Source: a virus (Duplodnaviria; Caudoviricetes). Taken from it: a stretch of 27,446 nt of DNA. Every line of letters begins with the position of its first letter. Positions within the stretch are counted from its first letter, which is position 1. The stretch spans positions 1 to 27,446 of the IMG/VR virus record IMGVR_UViG_3300032286_001171. The stretch is one strand, 5' to 3'. A program made the position numbers and the translations under genes. Below, piece by piece: positions 25,293 to 27,446 of this stretch. The notes under the pieces were generated by a model, which had not been told where the DNA came from, searched no databases, and saw only the letters and a list, made by a program, of their open reading frames with translations.

Positions 25293-27446
25293 ATGAATAC
25301 TATTGACAATATATCTACAGCACAATCTGTAACGTTAATTACAGATAGTCCTTTTACGGACGTCACTAAGGCTATAGTCATAGTCAATAATGTCATACTT
25401 ACTACAGCTACTTCTACTGTTACTTCCTACTATGAGTTAATAGCAGATTCAGTGGGCCGAGCAACTATAAACATCAAAAATGTAACAGACACTTCCGTAT
25501 GTTACGCCATCACAGCTACTATCTATGGCGATCCTGCGGTTGAATTTTGGAAATATGATTTTGACGCTGCCGGACTAGATACTGCTATATCAGGTGGAAA
25601 TTGGGACAATTCTGGAAACTTAATTGGAGCCTTAGGATATGCTCCGGAGGATTTGATCATAGATGGTGATGCTTTTATGTCGCCTAATGTCAGTTATGCT
25701 CCTGAAGAATTTGTTCCCGGTCATACTTTAGATAGTCTTGGCATAAATGTATATACCAAAGACAGCCAATCATACGGCACAATAATAACTGGCTCATTTC
25801 CAGTAACAGCAGGAACTACGACATCTGCATATCTTTCTACTTTGCCAGAAGCTGATGCAGGTATTATGGTCTATTACGGCAACACAATATTTCAAAGATC
25901 TACATCTTTAGGGTCACTGACAGGCAATCAATTTTTTATAGAAGGTGATCAGCTAATTCTTCCTCCCCAGGCTGTTTCCGGGCGTGGAGGATACACAATA
26001 GTGAGAATTGGAGGAAGTGGGCTAGTTGATAGCAATGTAGTATCTGTGGTTAACACATCCACCGGTGTTGTAGATAGTTTATTGAGTTATGCGGATGTTA
26101 GAGCAGTGTATGTGTTAGTTAATGGACAAGAAGTCAGTCAAGTAACTACAACATCTAACTATGGTTACATGATACAACCTGATTTTACAGATAATAAAAG
26201 AGCTAGTGTTTGGTTATATAATTTACCTTATGATTCCAACACTATAGAAGCATGGTTCTTTGATACTCCCTATATAAAATTCAATAGGATGAATGAAGAA
26301 TATTTTTCTGCGATATCTCCAACATCTACCTTTGTCTTAACACATCCTCCGGGAGATTGGGAACCGTTTAGTGACAAAGCCATAGTTGAAACCGGGTTTG
26401 GTTCATCTGGAACTGTTCGCACAAGAAAATCACCACCACCTGTTAGTAACTATTTTATTGCTAATAATCAAACTGTTTTTGCAATTGATAATAAAGTGAG
26501 TCATCCTCCTAGCTATTATCTAGCTGGCCAAATTATGGTCTATGCAAATGGAATTCGGTTGTCGTCGGGATTTGATTTTACATTTGACCTGCCTAATAAT
26601 AACATAATATTGACCACTGGTCTGTTTCCTAATGGAACTTATATTTCTATTGCTAGATTAGAAGATTACGAATATGTGATCAGTGGAAATATTTTACAGT
26701 TTGTAACACCTGTGTCTAATACCACAATTAAAGTCACTACATTTAATAATCACGATGCTATGTTTATGCAAACTGAAAAATTTTCATATACTCCCATCAA
26801 ACGATTTACACTTCAAAGACCTGTAATCAATGACAATTATGTTTGGGTATATCTTAACGGAGTTCCCTTAGTTCATCGTTATGATTTTGAAATATTAGAA
26901 GATCAAAGAACAATACAGTTAGACGAGTGGTTAGTGGTAGCCGACCTTAATAGTACACTATTGATTACATCAATTCTGATGCCAGAATATACTGGTAGAA
27001 TTTTAGGGTTTAGAGTTTTCAATGACTTTTTTGACAGATCGCATTACAAAAGATTATCGGCCTATCATACTACCTTTTTGACCGAACCTTTAAAATATAC
27101 CGATAATAAAATAGTAGTTCACGATGGGGATGGCAGGCTATCCCCATTTAATGCTCAAAGAAATATACCGGGTGTTGTGCTCATTGACAGAGAAAGAATC
27201 GAATACAATGAAAAAGATGGTAATGTTTTAACATATCTAAGAAGAGGCACGTTAGGAACAGGTCCTGCGTTTTATGCAGACGAAGCTACTAAGGTAATAG
27301 ATCAAGGAATTCAACAGACTATTCCCTATTCAGATACTGTATATATTCAACATTTTACATCAACAAATACCACTACCTATATCATAACAGCTACTAGTAC
27401 ATCGACAATTGGTGATGGTATAACATTAACCAGTGGAATTGACGCT
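25293..27446 (+). CDS. C-terminal portion of the giant baseplate/fibre protein, encoded as a separate ORF (>=718 aa, runs off the window)
   Basis: Not in the ORF track. Manual translation from ATG 25293 is open to the end: MNTIDNISTAQSV...VEFWKYD..LDTAISGG..ALGYAPEDLIIDGDAF.SP..SYAPEEFVPGHTLDSLGINVYT...FRVFNDFFDRSHYKRL...PGVVLIDRERIEY...LRRGTLGTG...QTIPY. I recall these motifs from the C-termini of giant post-gp6 proteins of related large myophages. It also has repeated VYxNG-type Ig-like units. Confidence 0.8.
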   Translation, partial: MNTIDNISTAQSVTLITDSPFTDVTKAIVIVNNVILTTATSTVTSYYELIADSVGRATINIKNVTDTSVCYAITATIYGDPAVEFWKYDFDAAGLDTAISGGNWDNSGNLIGALGYAPEDLIIDGDAFMSPNVSYAPEEFVPGHTLDSLGINVYTKDSQSYGTIITGSFPVTAGTTTSAYLSTLPEADAGIMVYYGNTIFQRSTSLGSLTGNQFFIEGDQLILPPQAVSGRGGYTIVRIGGSGLVDSNVVSVVNTSTGVVDSLLSYADVRAVYVLVNGQEVSQVTTTSNYGYMIQPDFTDNKRASVWLYNLPYDSNTIEAWFFDTPYIKFNRMNEEYFSAISPTSTFVLTHPPGDWEPFSDKAIVETGFGSSGTVRTRKSPPPVSNYFIANNQTVFAIDNKVSHPPSYYLAGQIMVYANGIRLSSGFDFTFDLPNNNIILTTGLFPNGTYISIARLEDYEYVISGNILQFVTPVSNTTIKVTTFNNHDAMFMQTEKFSYTPIKRFTLQRPVINDNYVWVYLNGVPLVHRYDFEILEDQRTIQLDEWLVVADLNSTLLITSILMPEYTGRILGFRVFNDFFDRSHYKRLSAYHTTFLTEPLKYTDNKIVVHDGDGRLSPFNAQRNIPGVVLIDRERIEYNEKDGNVLTYLRRGTLGTGPAFYADEATKVIDQGIQQTIPYSDTVYIQHFTSTNTTTYIITATSTSTIGDGITLTSGIDA

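Noticed and set aside
22776-25301. Split intein (Cys at the cassette start, Asn-Thr at the start of ORF 25293)
   Set aside because: No HINT blocks (no CLxxGT-like block A, TxxH or terminal HN); the insert consists of adhesin-type domains.

Overview
AT-rich dsDNA myophage sequence (T4-superfamily or jumbo-phage-like), covering the baseplate and tail morphogenesis operon. At the left edge, a minus-strand gene missed by the ORF track (552 to <1) looks like the gp55-type late sigma factor. It is transcribed divergently from a compact control region holding a near-consensus sigma70 promoter and two back-to-back TAAATA late boxes. The plus strand then encodes, in order: a tube-initiator/gp48-54-like protein, a LysM/gp53-like wedge protein, a hub protein with a long Gly/Ala/Leu tail, a gp5/VgrG-like spike with a C-terminal GH19 muramidase, gp25, gp6, a 3917-aa wedge/fibre protein, a 526-aa Gly-rich adhesin, and a >=718-aa ORF running off the right end (also missed by the track). 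The most striking feature is that the giant virion protein appears to be split in the middle of a domain by a ~2.5-kb in-frame adhesin cassette (about 22780-25292). The halves are possibly rejoined by beta-strand complementation and a cysteine pair. All family assignments come from motif recognition and gene order, not database searches.
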